A stretch of 64,000 nt of DNA from positions 96,001 to 160,000 of the forward strand of contig JBEPVF010000002.1 in assembly GCA_041691135.1 (NCBI GenBank), read 5' to 3'. Each line of letters starts with the position of its first letter. The first letter of the stretch is position 1. This document shows positions 9,460 to 19,440 of the stretch, piece by piece. The stretch comes from Candidatus Peribacteria bacterium (GTDB taxonomy: Bacteria; Patescibacteriota; Gracilibacteria; Peribacterales; Peribacteraceae). A model generated the notes under the pieces. That model was not told where the DNA came from, did not search any database, and worked only from the letters and a program-made list of their open reading frames with translations. A program made the translations under genes and the position numbers.

Positions 9460-10288
9460 GAAAGCAACAGCCTCCAGTCAAAAGGAGCATGGATGCGCCA
9501 TTGGCTAGACCAGGCCGTCTGGCAGCGGATGCCACAATGATGAGAGAAGCTGAAAAACCGATCAAATCAACGGGATCAGCCACAAATAACAGCACCGTGA
9601 CGAGCACCAGAAGCAGAAAGGGTAGGACACGAGTATATGTCTGTACTGCCGATGGCAATATTTTGAACGAAAGCAGTGCACCGAGACCGGCCCCGAAGAA
9701 GAGGCATGCCGGGCTCACCGCCAACATCCAGCCGTGCATTTCTGTGGAAGAATCGGTCATCAATGCTCGTATGTGGCCCGCCAAGAGCAAGCCAACTATG
9801 AGCCCCATCACAGTGAGCGCGGGAAAAGGACGATAGCGAAAGACCAGCGACGAGAGAATGCGAAGCAGGAGGAGCATGGCAATCCATGTTCCCGCTTCCA
9901 TAAAGAGACGTATCGTAAAGTCGGGCACGTCCTCGAGCGGGGTGAGCGTGGAAGGTTTGGCATCATCGCGGCTTACCGTGACGATATAGGGCTGCCCAAT
10001 TTCCAAATTCTGCGACCAGCTGTCCGCATTAGCCGTCACTGTGATCAATTTTTGAAAGTACCCGCGCCATACATGCACCAGACGCAACTGTGCCTCTCCG
10101 GTCGGACTCACTGCCTGCAAGATCGCTACCCCCTCGCGTGACGCTGACGGAACACCCTTGGCAGCAGCCGTCTGCGACAAAAACAAAAGTGTGATAAGAA
10201 ATCCGATAGAGCCAGTGCGCCGCAAGAGTTGCATTGAAGGCAGTCTAGCTCCGACAGATTGGCTGGCAAATGAAAGATTATTAGCCAA
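9428..10288 (-). CDS. Hypothetical membrane protein (start uncertain)
   Basis: 286-aa ORF filling the gap between flanking genes; signal-like N-terminus and multiple TM segments. Confidence 0.55.
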   Translation of the reverse strand: MANNLSFASQSVGARLPSMQLLRRTGSIGFLITLLFLSQTAAAKGVPSASREGVAILQAVSPTGEAQLRLVHVWRGYFQKLITVTANADSWSQNLEIGQPYIVTVSRDDAKPSTLTPLEDVPDFTIRLFMEAGTWIAMLLLLRILSSLVFRYRPFPALTVMGLIVGLLLAGHIRALMTDSSTEMHGWMLAVSPACLFFGAGLGALLSFKILPSAVQTYTRVLPFLLLVLVTVLLFVADPVDLIGFSASLIIVASAARRPGLANGASMLLLTGGCCFLIAGAALAVP

Positions 10289-10377
10289 AATGCGTCTTCT
10301 GTTCTATGACACGCCTTGCCCCTGCGTTTACTTTTCCTCCACATTCCGCTATGATGAACTACTTTCATCCACTCATC

Positions 10378-11070
10378 ATGAAATATTTTCTGTCGCTGAT
10401 AGTGGGCATAAGTGCCTTTGCAACACTGAGCGGGCAGGCCGCAGCAGCCGCTCCGCTGACGCGCGCGGAATTTGTCGAAGCTGTCGTGCAGGAAGTATTC
10501 CCCAATGATACGTACGACTGTTTCCGTGATATCACGTCGCCACGATCGGCGTCATACACGCTGCTGTTTGCCGACGTGCGAAAAACCGATCCGCATGCCA
10601 TGGCACTCTGCATCGGCATACATAACGGCATCATAGACGGCGACCGTTCCGCGAACTTTCGTCCGAACGCATTGATCAACACAGCTGAAGCATCGAAGAT
10701 TCTGGCACTTGCATACGGCGTCGCGTTGCCGGACAGCGTTGCCATTCGCGTGCTGCCCTGGCACTGGCGGTACACCGAAGCATTCAAACGACTGGGCGTC
10801 TTGCCTCGCGGCTTCAATGCTTATGGACAACTTGTCACCCGCACAGACCTTAGTGACATGTTTACCAACCTCACGCGGATGAAACCTCGCGTCCTCTTCC
10901 GTCAACCGACCACAGCTCCAACGACAGTCGCGCCGGCTCAGCGCATTCGTATTGTGACACCAACGACTCCCCAAAGAGCCGCCACACGCAGCCGTACCGT
11001 TGGTAATTACCACATGCGTCTGATGAAGAGCTTTAACCAGCCACGAACGTCTCCCCGGCCAAGCACATAA
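10378..11070 (+). CDS. S-layer homology (SLH) domain secreted protein
   Basis: Signal peptide; LTRAEF, FADV, FRPNALINTAEA and VTR SLH motifs. Confidence 0.8.
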   Translation: MKYFLSLIVGISAFATLSGQAAAAAPLTRAEFVEAVVQEVFPNDTYDCFRDITSPRSASYTLLFADVRKTDPHAMALCIGIHNGIIDGDRSANFRPNALINTAEASKILALAYGVALPDSVAIRVLPWHWRYTEAFKRLGVLPRGFNAYGQLVTRTDLSDMFTNLTRMKPRVLFRQPTTAPTTVAPAQRIRIVTPTTPQRAATRSRTVGNYHMRLMKSFNQPRTSPRPST

Positions 11071-11154
11071 AGTGGCTAGGATTGGCCAAAATCGAGCAAA
11101 GAAAGACGTGCCTTATGGCACGTTTTTTGGTATAATAGAAGCAAATCAATTTCA

Positions 11155-12528
11155 ATGGTCAAAAGTCCCCTATCCCCCACTCGGCAACCGAGAACTTGGC
11201 GCACGCTTCGTTTTCGCACGCTCCTCGTCCTGTCGATGATTATTGTGGGCGCGAGTTTCTTTCTACAGGGCAAAATCCTGATCGAAGCACGCAACAAAAA
11301 TTCTCTCAAACGTGAAGTATTACTGTCGGCCCTCACACTGGACCGCAGCATCGTCAGCATCCTCGCCACACAGCAGCGCGACCCGGTGATCGAACAGACG
11401 ATTCAACCCCAACTCGACGCGCTCAACAAGACCACGCAGTCGACCGCAGTGATGATTATTGCCGAGGCTGCCGACAAAAATACGCTCGAGATCCGTTTGT
11501 CATCGGCTCCTCAACGGCGCGACGACACGATTACATTTCCGCCGGATATCATCGGATCACTGCGACAGCAACCGGATATGAGCGTGGTGATCGGATCAGG
11601 CGGCACACTGATGGCATTCATGCCGATCCGCGGCACACAGGGCGATGTCGTCGCCTTCCTCGGTATGGAGCGCGGCGAAAACGCATTCATCATCGCCGCA
11701 GAATCATTTGGTTTATCACTCATTCTGCTCTTCATCACCAGTGTTGTATTGTGGGCACTGATCCGCCGTTACACATCGCAAGGCAACGACGACGCCGTGC
11801 GTCAGTTCGATGCGAACCGCCTGGCGCTGATGGAACTCGCGACGCACCAGCTGGGAGCACCGCTGGCCAGCTTCAAGTGGTGGTTGGAACTGCTGCAGGA
11901 TCCCGACGGCAAAGAGCTGTGGGGTAACAAGGAAGTGACGATGCAGATCCAGGAAGGCGTCACGCGCATGGAGAGCATCATCAAAGCACTTACCGAAGCG
12001 AACGAAGTGGCGGCGCAGGGCGCCAATTACAAACTGGAAACACTCGCCTCACTCAAGGACATTCTCCGCCGCGGACTCAATGACGCAGCGTCCCATCTGC
12101 AACGCCGCAAGCAAGTACTGAAGATCTTCTTGGATCCGCAGCTCGATCCCGTTCAGCTCGATCCCAAACTGCTGTTCGGCGTGTTACAGGAAGTAATCGA
12201 GAATGCCATCGACTACTCGCCGGATAACACGACTCTCGAAATCCACGTGACCAAGGAAGGCCGCTTCGCACAAGTGGCAATCAAGGACCAGGGCTACGGC
12301 ATTCCGCCACAAGACCTGCCGCACATCTTCGAAAAGTTCACACGCGCTTCCAATGCCGCACAGTACAAGCCGGTCGGCAACGGCCTCGGCCTGTTCATCG
12401 CCAAAGGCATCATCCACAACCTGGGCGGTGACATGTGGATCGAAAGCAAGCTCGGTAAAGGAACCACGATTTTCTTTACGCTGCCGTTTGATCATCAGGG
12501 AGCGCAGGTATCGATGGCGAAAAAGTAA
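11155..12528 (+). CDS. Membrane sensor histidine kinase (no adjacent response regulator)
   Basis: Two TM helices; H-box ATHQLGAPL; ENAIDYS, DQGYGI and GNGLGL HATPase boxes. Confidence 0.9.
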   Translation: MVKSPLSPTRQPRTWRTLRFRTLLVLSMIIVGASFFLQGKILIEARNKNSLKREVLLSALTLDRSIVSILATQQRDPVIEQTIQPQLDALNKTTQSTAVMIIAEAADKNTLEIRLSSAPQRRDDTITFPPDIIGSLRQQPDMSVVIGSGGTLMAFMPIRGTQGDVVAFLGMERGENAFIIAAESFGLSLILLFITSVVLWALIRRYTSQGNDDAVRQFDANRLALMELATHQLGAPLASFKWWLELLQDPDGKELWGNKEVTMQIQEGVTRMESIIKALTEANEVAAQGANYKLETLASLKDILRRGLNDAASHLQRRKQVLKIFLDPQLDPVQLDPKLLFGVLQEVIENAIDYSPDNTTLEIHVTKEGRFAQVAIKDQGYGIPPQDLPHIFEKFTRASNAAQYKPVGNGLGLFIAKGIIHNLGGDMWIESKLGKGTTIFFTLPFDHQGAQVSMAKK

Positions 12529-12596
12529 GAGAACAGTGCACAGAAGTCAGTGATCAGTAGTAGATACTGCAACTGGCATTTTTGTTTTTGGTTTTT

Positions 12597-13400
12597 TTAT
12601 TTTCTAACCGCCATTCTCTTCCACCAGTAACCCGCGACGACGATGTATCCCACATACACCAACAGCTCAATCAACGATGGCTGATCGCTATAACCGAATA
12701 ACTGACGCAATGAGCCGCCCACAAAGCTTTCCTGCGAGAGGAATTGCGAGATGTTCCACACATGCTCAATCCCCTCGGACAGAAATCCGGCCTCTTGGAA
12801 TTCGTGTGCGCCGTGCATCAACAGACCGGCACTGAACAGAATCAGAAGAACATTCACGACTAGGAAAAAGTGCCGGAGCGAAATGCGCCGGATGCCGGCA
12901 AAAAGCAAAATGCTCAGTACGACCGCGATACCGATGCCGAGTAACGCGCCGACGAAGTGCCATCCCGAACCGGATTGCAGCAGCGCGGCCTGCAGAAAGA
13001 TCACCGTCTCGGTGCCCTCGCGCAAAGTGGTGAACAGGATGAGGAGAAACACGCCAAAGCGGTATTCGCTCTGCACGTGCGACGATACATGTTGCTCGAT
13101 CGAACGACGCATGGCGGAACCGTGCCGCATCATCCAGAAGATCATCCAACTCATCAATACAACGGCAAGAATCATGAGCGATCCTTCGAATATCTGTTCA
13201 CTCCGCCCGGAAAATTCGCCGAACAGACGGCTCAACAAAACACCGAGCAGGATACTGATCAGAACACCGGCCGCAACACCGAGCCACACCGACGAACGAA
13301 AAGATTTGTGTTCGGTACGATCGAGATAGGCCAGAACAATGCCAACCACGAGCGACGTTTCGAGCGTCTCGCGAAGCGTAATAAGAACGGCAGCGGTCAT
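12597..13400 (-). CDS. FTR1/EfeU-family iron permease
   Basis: Two RExxE motifs (RETLE, REGTE); about 7 TM segments. Confidence 0.9.
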   Translation of the reverse strand: MTAAVLITLRETLETSLVVGIVLAYLDRTEHKSFRSSVWLGVAAGVLISILLGVLLSRLFGEFSGRSEQIFEGSLMILAVVLMSWMIFWMMRHGSAMRRSIEQHVSSHVQSEYRFGVFLLILFTTLREGTETVIFLQAALLQSGSGWHFVGALLGIGIAVVLSILLFAGIRRISLRHFFLVVNVLLILFSAGLLMHGAHEFQEAGFLSEGIEHVWNISQFLSQESFVGGSLRQLFGYSDQPSLIELLVYVGYIVVAGYWWKRMAVRK

Positions 13401-13533
13401 AAGAAAAGGCAGAATGAGGAGCAATTGAACGGATGCTCACACCATGGGATGCGCGGACGATACCAAGAGATGATCGCAAAGTACAAATGATTTTTCGGTG
13501 CGAATAGAGCGTCTGATCCGACGATTTCTCCGT

Positions 13534-14238
13534 CTATCGCGGATCACGCACGCCCACCTGACGGCACATATCGCGGACGGGACACGTGGAACATTTCGGT
13601 CGCAGCCCCGTACACACATGTTTGCCGAACGGCACCAGCAAACGATTGATCTCCAGTGAGTATTTGACTGGCAATTTCTTCTGCAATTGTTCCAGTGTTT
13701 TTTCGGGTGTCGCCGCCTGCACATACCCCCATCGATTAGTGACGCGATGCACATGAATATCGACGCCGATGAACGGCTGCCCGCAGGCAATCCCGAGTAC
13801 CAGATTGGCGCATTTGGGACCGACACCCGGGAAGGAAATCAGCACATCATGTTTGCACGGAACTTCTCCTCCGAATTCGCGTACGACCCGCCCGGCGATT
13901 GTCTGGATATTCTGCGCCTTCGCTTGGTGGAATGTGCAGTTGGCAATGAGTCGATCGATGGTCTTGATCGACATCCGGACTACCTGAGCCGGCGAACGAG
14001 CTTGGGCAAATAACTTCTTCGCCGTCGGCACCGTCACTTCGTCGTAGGTTCGGACCGAGATCATGCACGCAATGAGAACCTCGAACGTCGACTTGTAGCC
14101 TTGATCGTACAATTCAAACAGCGCGGCCTTTCGATAGGGCCGTACCGTTTCTTCAATGCGCTGCATCGTTTCATCGATATCAAACGGCCGCTTGGTCTGC
14201 GGGTCGTGAATGACGACATACGGAGGAACGGAAGCCAT
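13534..14238 (-). CDS. nth: Endonuclease III (HhH-GPD, 4Fe-4S)
   Basis: PGVGPKCA HhH motif, VDIHVHRV, C-x6-C-x2-C-x5-C cluster motif. Confidence 0.92.
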   Translation of the reverse strand: MASVPPYVVIHDPQTKRPFDIDETMQRIEETVRPYRKAALFELYDQGYKSTFEVLIACMISVRTYDEVTVPTAKKLFAQARSPAQVVRMSIKTIDRLIANCTFHQAKAQNIQTIAGRVVREFGGEVPCKHDVLISFPGVGPKCANLVLGIACGQPFIGVDIHVHRVTNRWGYVQAATPEKTLEQLQKKLPVKYSLEINRLLVPFGKHVCTGLRPKCSTCPVRDMCRQVGVRDPR

Positions 14239-14295
14239 GGGGAGCGCAGGGCAATAAGTTTCTGACGCGCAGCGGCCATACTTCTTACGTTAGTA

Positions 14296-14958
14296 TCAGA
14301 GCGACTGCAGCTGATGGGAACAGCTCGTGTCCGTACCTGTTTGCTCCACATCCGAGACCGGCAGGAACTGCTGCGTGCCGGCATCGTACGAAAATACTTC
14401 ACCGGTCTGTAATTTGTACACCCAGGCGTGCAGCTGCAATTTGCCTTCGGCAACACGCGAGGCGATAAACGGCAATTTGAGCAGATGTTCCACCTGCACC
14501 AGTACGTTCTCCTGCACCGCGATATTGCAACGCTGTTCCAGGTCGGCATCCGGATAGTTTTTTTCCACGATTTGCTTCACCTCAGCCGCATGTTTCAACC
14601 AGGCCGTCACGGCCAAAAGCGATGCATCGGCGCCTTCGATCAACGCCTTGATCGCACCGCAGCCCAGATGTCCGCAGATGATGATGTCTTTGATATCCAG
14701 AACTTCGAGCGCGTATTCGATCGCCCCGTGCTCGCTGCTCACTTGGCCGGAAGCGGGAACAATGTTGCCGATGTTGCGGACGATAAACAGATCTCCAGGC
14801 TTGGTGCTGGTGAGCAGAGTCGGAACAATGCGCGAATCGGAACACGTGATGAATAAGGCTTGTGGATGCTGCCCTTTGGCCAGCTCCTGAAACAGATCTT
14901 TGTGTTGCTGGAATGTCTGTTCGTGAAACTGATGAATGCCTGGGATGAGGGATTTCAT
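14296..14958 (-). CDS. Beta-class carbonic anhydrase
   Basis: CSDSR, RNIGN and CGHLGCGA zinc ligands. Confidence 0.93.
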   Translation of the reverse strand: MKSLIPGIHQFHEQTFQQHKDLFQELAKGQHPQALFITCSDSRIVPTLLTSTKPGDLFIVRNIGNIVPASGQVSSEHGAIEYALEVLDIKDIIICGHLGCGAIKALIEGADASLLAVTAWLKHAAEVKQIVEKNYPDADLEQRCNIAVQENVLVQVEHLLKLPFIASRVAEGKLQLHAWVYKLQTGEVFSYDAGTQQFLPVSDVEQTGTDTSCSHQLQSL

Positions 14959-15008
14959 GGCACATTTATACACCTTCTATCGTGAATGTCACCACGTCGA
15001 ATGGTGGA

Positions 15009-16160
15009 TTACTTACCGATAATCATCACAATCACGCCGATATTGTCTTTCTTCGCTGGCTGCTGCCTCGGCGCTCCTGTCTTCCAGTCTTGCCCCTCAT
15101 CAAAAGTGACAGCGTCCTTGCTGCGTAGAAACGCCTGTTCCGCAAGAAACAGACAAATATTTTCAGCAGTAGGGACCATGCCCTCCTTGGCTATCTCATG
15201 CTCGATCATCTCGGCGATCTCTTTGGAGAGGAAATTATCCGTCACACCATCGGTGAGAAGAATAAGAATATCTCCTTTCTTTATTTTTTGCGGTAGTTCC
15301 TCCTGGATTTTCCCTTCACGTACCTTAATGCAATTGGTGAGGATGTGTTTCACAGCACTAGTCATATACTGTTCTTCTGAGATTTCACCGTAATTCAGCA
15401 ACGCTCGCACAAGACTCTGATCGACTGTTTCTGCAGCGACTTTTCTCGTTTGGCCATCAATGATGATGCGTCTTGTGTCACCTGCGCTTGCCGTACGTTC
15501 GTAGAGAATTCCATCTGTATCTTCTTCCAGAACGGTAACTGTCGCACACGCACCATTTTGAGGATCCAAGCCACTCGCTTGCATGCGCTGCTGCGCGCTT
15601 TTTACGGACATCTTAGGTTCATGCGGCTGCATGAGTAATTCTTCGGTCAGGATCTGTGCCGCAGCTTCTCCTTGATCACCGCCTCCCACTCCATCCGCTA
15701 TTGCAAGCACCACTACATCTCCTTGTGGATCATTCAAATTTTTTGGGAATATTCGCATACCAACTCTGTCTTCGTTCACAAATTTCGTTTTCGTATCATT
15801 GCTTCTCCTGATGCCTCTATCTGTCACCATGGCCACGACGCCGAAGGGCGTCTCTTGCACGAAGGGATGTTCGATCGAGCCTACTATCCCTTGGCCGTCG
15901 AGAACGGCTCTCTGCTCTTGGTCTACTTTGGGGCGGTACGGAATTCTCATTCGCTGCATGAGCTTATGACGCACACCGGCTTTGGTGAACCGGACACCAC
16001 CGCCATGTTCCTCGCGTAGTCTTCTTTTTATAATGCCCCTCACTTCGTCCAACTGAAATACATCCACACTGGACTGAGTCGTAAGACCGCTTACTTCGGA
16101 CGAGAGTACTTGATTGACCTCATCGAGAGACGGCAAGGTCCTTGGTCGTGATACGGACAT
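15009..16160 (-). CDS. PP2C-family Ser/Thr phosphatase with a long N-terminal extension
   Basis: NED, IADGVGG, AGDTR, LTDGVTD and KDN motifs. Confidence 0.85.
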   Translation of the reverse strand: MSVSRPRTLPSLDEVNQVLSSEVSGLTTQSSVDVFQLDEVRGIIKRRLREEHGGGVRFTKAGVRHKLMQRMRIPYRPKVDQEQRAVLDGQGIVGSIEHPFVQETPFGVVAMVTDRGIRRSNDTKTKFVNEDRVGMRIFPKNLNDPQGDVVVLAIADGVGGGDQGEAAAQILTEELLMQPHEPKMSVKSAQQRMQASGLDPQNGACATVTVLEEDTDGILYERTASAGDTRRIIIDGQTRKVAAETVDQSLVRALLNYGEISEEQYMTSAVKHILTNCIKVREGKIQEELPQKIKKGDILILLTDGVTDNFLSKEIAEMIEHEIAKEGMVPTAENICLFLAEQAFLRSKDAVTFDEGQDWKTGAPRQQPAKKDNIGVIVMIIGK

Positions 16161-16202
16161 ATTTATATATTACAATTTTATTTAATTTTGTCAAAATACT
16201 CC

Positions 16203-17039
16203 TCAGAGGTCCAAAAACGAGCAGCATTGGACTTTCTTCTCATCCAGCAGCTCGAGAATTGATGGATCAAGCAGCATTCTGAATTCGGTCTGTCGCTGCG
16301 GATCCAAATCGAACGGCATGCCGTACGTCGTCTGACTGCCGGGGTGGACCATGAGTTCCGTCGTTCCTTCTGGGAGACGACCGATGACGTGGCGAAGATT
16401 TTTGAGTGATGCGTTGCCGACGAGCGTGAGCCCGCGGAAGTGATCGGTGGAGACGAGTCCGTTCGCCGCATAGAGTTCACGCGCTGTTCTCGCCTGCTCA
16501 TTGATCTTCTGCGTTCGTTCCAATTGTTCGGGTGACACGTCGTACCCAAACGGCGGCAACGGCTCTTCGCACGGAATGCGGACGAAGCGAATGCCGTAGC
16601 GTTCGCAAGCCGGCAGTAGCGCATTCACGATCATCGGATGAATATGTATGTGATGATGACCGTCGATGTGCGTCGGCGCGCCGTACGTATCGAAACACCA
16701 TTCGATCTGCGCGCGGATCTCGCGTTCCAAATGTTCATGCTGTACTTCGCCGTTATCGAGCGCGGCCCGGAATTTTTCGCGGCTCATGAACGCGCCATTG
16801 CTCTCGGTCACACTGCTCACTTCGGCCTGCTTGCTGAGCGGATACTCCTCGGTGAAGTTCAGGTGCAGACCGGCCGGCACATTCCGCTCGCGCGCATGAC
16901 GCGCGGCATGGTCGCTATCGGATCCAGTGGCGAGGATCGTCGTGCTTGTCGCCACGCCGAACTCCATGCATTGAAAAATACCATGAGAGCGCTGGGCATT
17001 GATGCCCAGATCATCGGCATTGATGATGAGGCGACGCAT
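16203..17039 (-). CDS. YdjC/ChbG/HpnK-family carbohydrate deacetylase
   Basis: IINADDLG, GLHLN, THIDGHHHIH, ELMVHPG. Confidence 0.9.
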   Translation of the reverse strand: MRRLIINADDLGINAQRSHGIFQCMEFGVATSTTILATGSDSDHAARHARERNVPAGLHLNFTEEYPLSKQAEVSSVTESNGAFMSREKFRAALDNGEVQHEHLEREIRAQIEWCFDTYGAPTHIDGHHHIHIHPMIVNALLPACERYGIRFVRIPCEEPLPPFGYDVSPEQLERTQKINEQARTARELYAANGLVSTDHFRGLTLVGNASLKNLRHVIGRLPEGTTELMVHPGSQTTYGMPFDLDPQRQTEFRMLLDPSILELLDEKKVQCCSFLDL

Positions 17040-17065
17040 GCAGCCAGTGTAGAGCAAAAGACAGC

Positions 17066-18151
17066 CTACTTCTTGGTCGATTCGAACGTCTGAACCATCT
17101 GAAAGAGGGTGGAGAGGGCGACATTCAACGACCCCTTCGTCTCATTGTCCGCCTGTGGCACTCTGATCTCGAAACGGAATCTCGTATCGAGTGTGACGTA
17201 GTACGCATGCACCGTCTGACCTGATGGATAGATTTCGTCGCTTCCATATGCCGTATAGGTCTTCCCTTCGACCTGCAACTGGCGCTCGATGGTTGGTACA
17301 AGTTCAAGCGCGCCACCACTCTCGGGTAGAGCAATGATAGTGACTGATCCGTCCTTTGTCTGCATTGTCACAAATGATGAACCCGACGCCGTCACCGTTG
17401 CACTGGATGGGTAACGAATCTGATAACTGAAATCTGCATTCGTGTAGGTCTGCCAATCGGCATGCGCTTGGGCAGATGACGATGATGATGCAGGTGCAGA
17501 CGACACACTGGCTGACTGATCATTCAAATATTTCGCCCGTGCTTCCATCACCATCTTCACCGTCTCGGCGCGATTGACTGAATCGGTGGGACGAAAGCGG
17601 TTGAGGCTTTGGCCACTCATATCCATATCACCGGTGAGAATATCATCGCGACTGAGCGCTTCGACGGCAAAGGCATACGTGGTGGAAGCGGTGACATCGT
17701 CATACCGGTTGCCGACGGGCGTCTCCTGATCCACGCCAAACGCATCGGCAATCAACGACGCGACTTCGGCACGCGTGGCATCGCGCTGAAAATCAAGGCC
17801 CGACTGGCCTTTAGTCATCGCAAAATTATGATCGAACGCGTAATCCATATACGGCAACACCCAATACGCACCGCCCATCGAAGTGGCGGGCTTGTGATCC
17901 GATCCTCGGATCGCGATCTTAAGCGCCTCGGCAACAGTCACATGATCCGCCGGTCCGAATTTTCCGGTCAGGTTGCCGCGCGCATCCGTGTAACCGTTCA
18001 CGATCCCCTCGTTCGCCGCCATGTTCACATAGTCGGCATACCACGCGCCGGTTTCGACATCGGTAAAATTGGTACGAGCTGCCTGCGCATTCGCGATAAA
18101 AGGAAGCAGAAAGGCAATCGAAGCAAAACGTACAGTAAGTTTGGCATTCAT
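17066..18151 (-). CDS. SLH-domain secreted protein
   Basis: Signal peptide; FTDV...WY, TRAEVA, FRPTDSVNRAE; Ser-rich linker and a C-terminal beta-rich domain. Confidence 0.85.
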   Translation of the reverse strand: MNAKLTVRFASIAFLLPFIANAQAARTNFTDVETGAWYADYVNMAANEGIVNGYTDARGNLTGKFGPADHVTVAEALKIAIRGSDHKPATSMGGAYWVLPYMDYAFDHNFAMTKGQSGLDFQRDATRAEVASLIADAFGVDQETPVGNRYDDVTASTTYAFAVEALSRDDILTGDMDMSGQSLNRFRPTDSVNRAETVKMVMEARAKYLNDQSASVSSAPASSSSSAQAHADWQTYTNADFSYQIRYPSSATVTASGSSFVTMQTKDGSVTIIALPESGGALELVPTIERQLQVEGKTYTAYGSDEIYPSGQTVHAYYVTLDTRFRFEIRVPQADNETKGSLNVALSTLFQMVQTFESTKK

Positions 18152-18367
18152 AGAAGCATGCGGAAAGTAGGCGTGATTGTACCTCTCTTCCGAAGAGAAG
18201 AAAGGATGATGAGACGATTTTTTGAATAGTGGTCTTACAACGGAGAAAAGGAGTCAAGAGATTCAGTGGAAAAGATCGCTCCATGAGCATTCGGAAAATG
18301 TTCAGCATGGCGCTGCCGCTTTCTTCGCGGTTGGTCGAAGCTGGTTGATTCATCGTGAGCGCATGCA

Positions 18368-18776
18368 CCCTCACCCCGGCCCTCTCCCTCCTTCCCACGC
18401 CGCAAAGGGAGTGGTGATCGTCTGCTCGTCATGGAACATCAGAAACCTGCCGGGAGAGGGAGATGTATGTTGTGTGTGTGTTGTGCCTAACGAAGCTCTC
18501 TCAAATAGTTCTAGGCGGCCCTAAGCCGCCTAACTTCTTCGCCTGCTCACAATTCCAGACAATGACCCCTCCGCCTATGTGGTGGGGATGAGTGGGTACG
18601 AACTTCCTTGTCGCCGGCCCATAGGCGCGACAAGGAAGTGAGGTGGGTCATAGGCGGTGCGTTTTTCTTTGGTCCTTTCTTTTGTCGCGGGGAGACAAAA
18701 GAAAGGACACCACTGGTGACTGGAGAAGTTTGTGCTGGGGAATACCTCAGACACCGCAGCCGGGGACGGCTGCTAC
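18368..18776 (+). repeat. Structured repeat copy 2 (core 18511-18743) with REP-like flanking palindromes
   Basis: Core matches copies 1 and 3. The 5' CCCTCACCCCGGCCCTCTCCC...GGGAGAGGG and 3' gcagccggggacggctgctac segments are shared with copy 3. Confidence 0.88.
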
Positions 18777-18870
18777 TGCTGTGTTGAATGTTCGATTTCT
18801 GATTGTTACCTTCTGTCCGCTTGTTCGTAGTAGTGTATGTAGGATTCCTATCCCCTGATCTCTTTCTTTC

Positions 18871-19440
18871 ATGGCTTCATCCGAACACTCGCTCATTGCC
18901 TCGTGTCAGGCAGGGCATCTGGAGGACTTCGATCCGCTGTACACCACGCACGTTGAGGCGATCTACAAGTACTTGTCACGCCGCACGTTGTCGCGGGAGC
19001 TGAGCGAAGACCTGACCAGCATTACGTTTATCAAGGCACTCGAATCGATCCGGTCGTTCGATCCGGCACGCGGAGAATTTCGCGCCTGGCTGTACCGCAT
19101 CGCCCGTAACGCGCTCATCGATCACTACCGGAGCCCGGCGGCCCACACGACGGATATCGAAACGGTGTGGGACCTGGCCAGCGACGATGTGACGAGTTTG
19201 GCCGCCGAACGATCGATGGATGCGAGCAAGCTGCATGCCGCGTTGAAGACGCTCAAACCGCAACAGCGCGAAGTGGTGATGCTGCGCATCTGGGAAGGAC
19301 TGTCGTACCGCGAGATCGCGGCCATCACCGGCAAAACCGAGAACAATTGCAAAGTTCTCTTCTCACGCGCGGTGGCGCAGCTCCGTTCGGACATGCCTTC
19401 CACGCTCCTGCTTCTGCTTCTCTTCTCCATTGCATTATGA
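18871..19440 (+). CDS. ECF sigma-70 factor
   Basis: EDLTSITFIKA, FRAWLYRIARNALIDHYR (region 2); EGLSYREIA (region 4). Confidence 0.92.
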   Translation: MASSEHSLIASCQAGHLEDFDPLYTTHVEAIYKYLSRRTLSRELSEDLTSITFIKALESIRSFDPARGEFRAWLYRIARNALIDHYRSPAAHTTDIETVWDLASDDVTSLAAERSMDASKLHAALKTLKPQQREVVMLRIWEGLSYREIAAITGKTENNCKVLFSRAVAQLRSDMPSTLLLLLLFSIAL

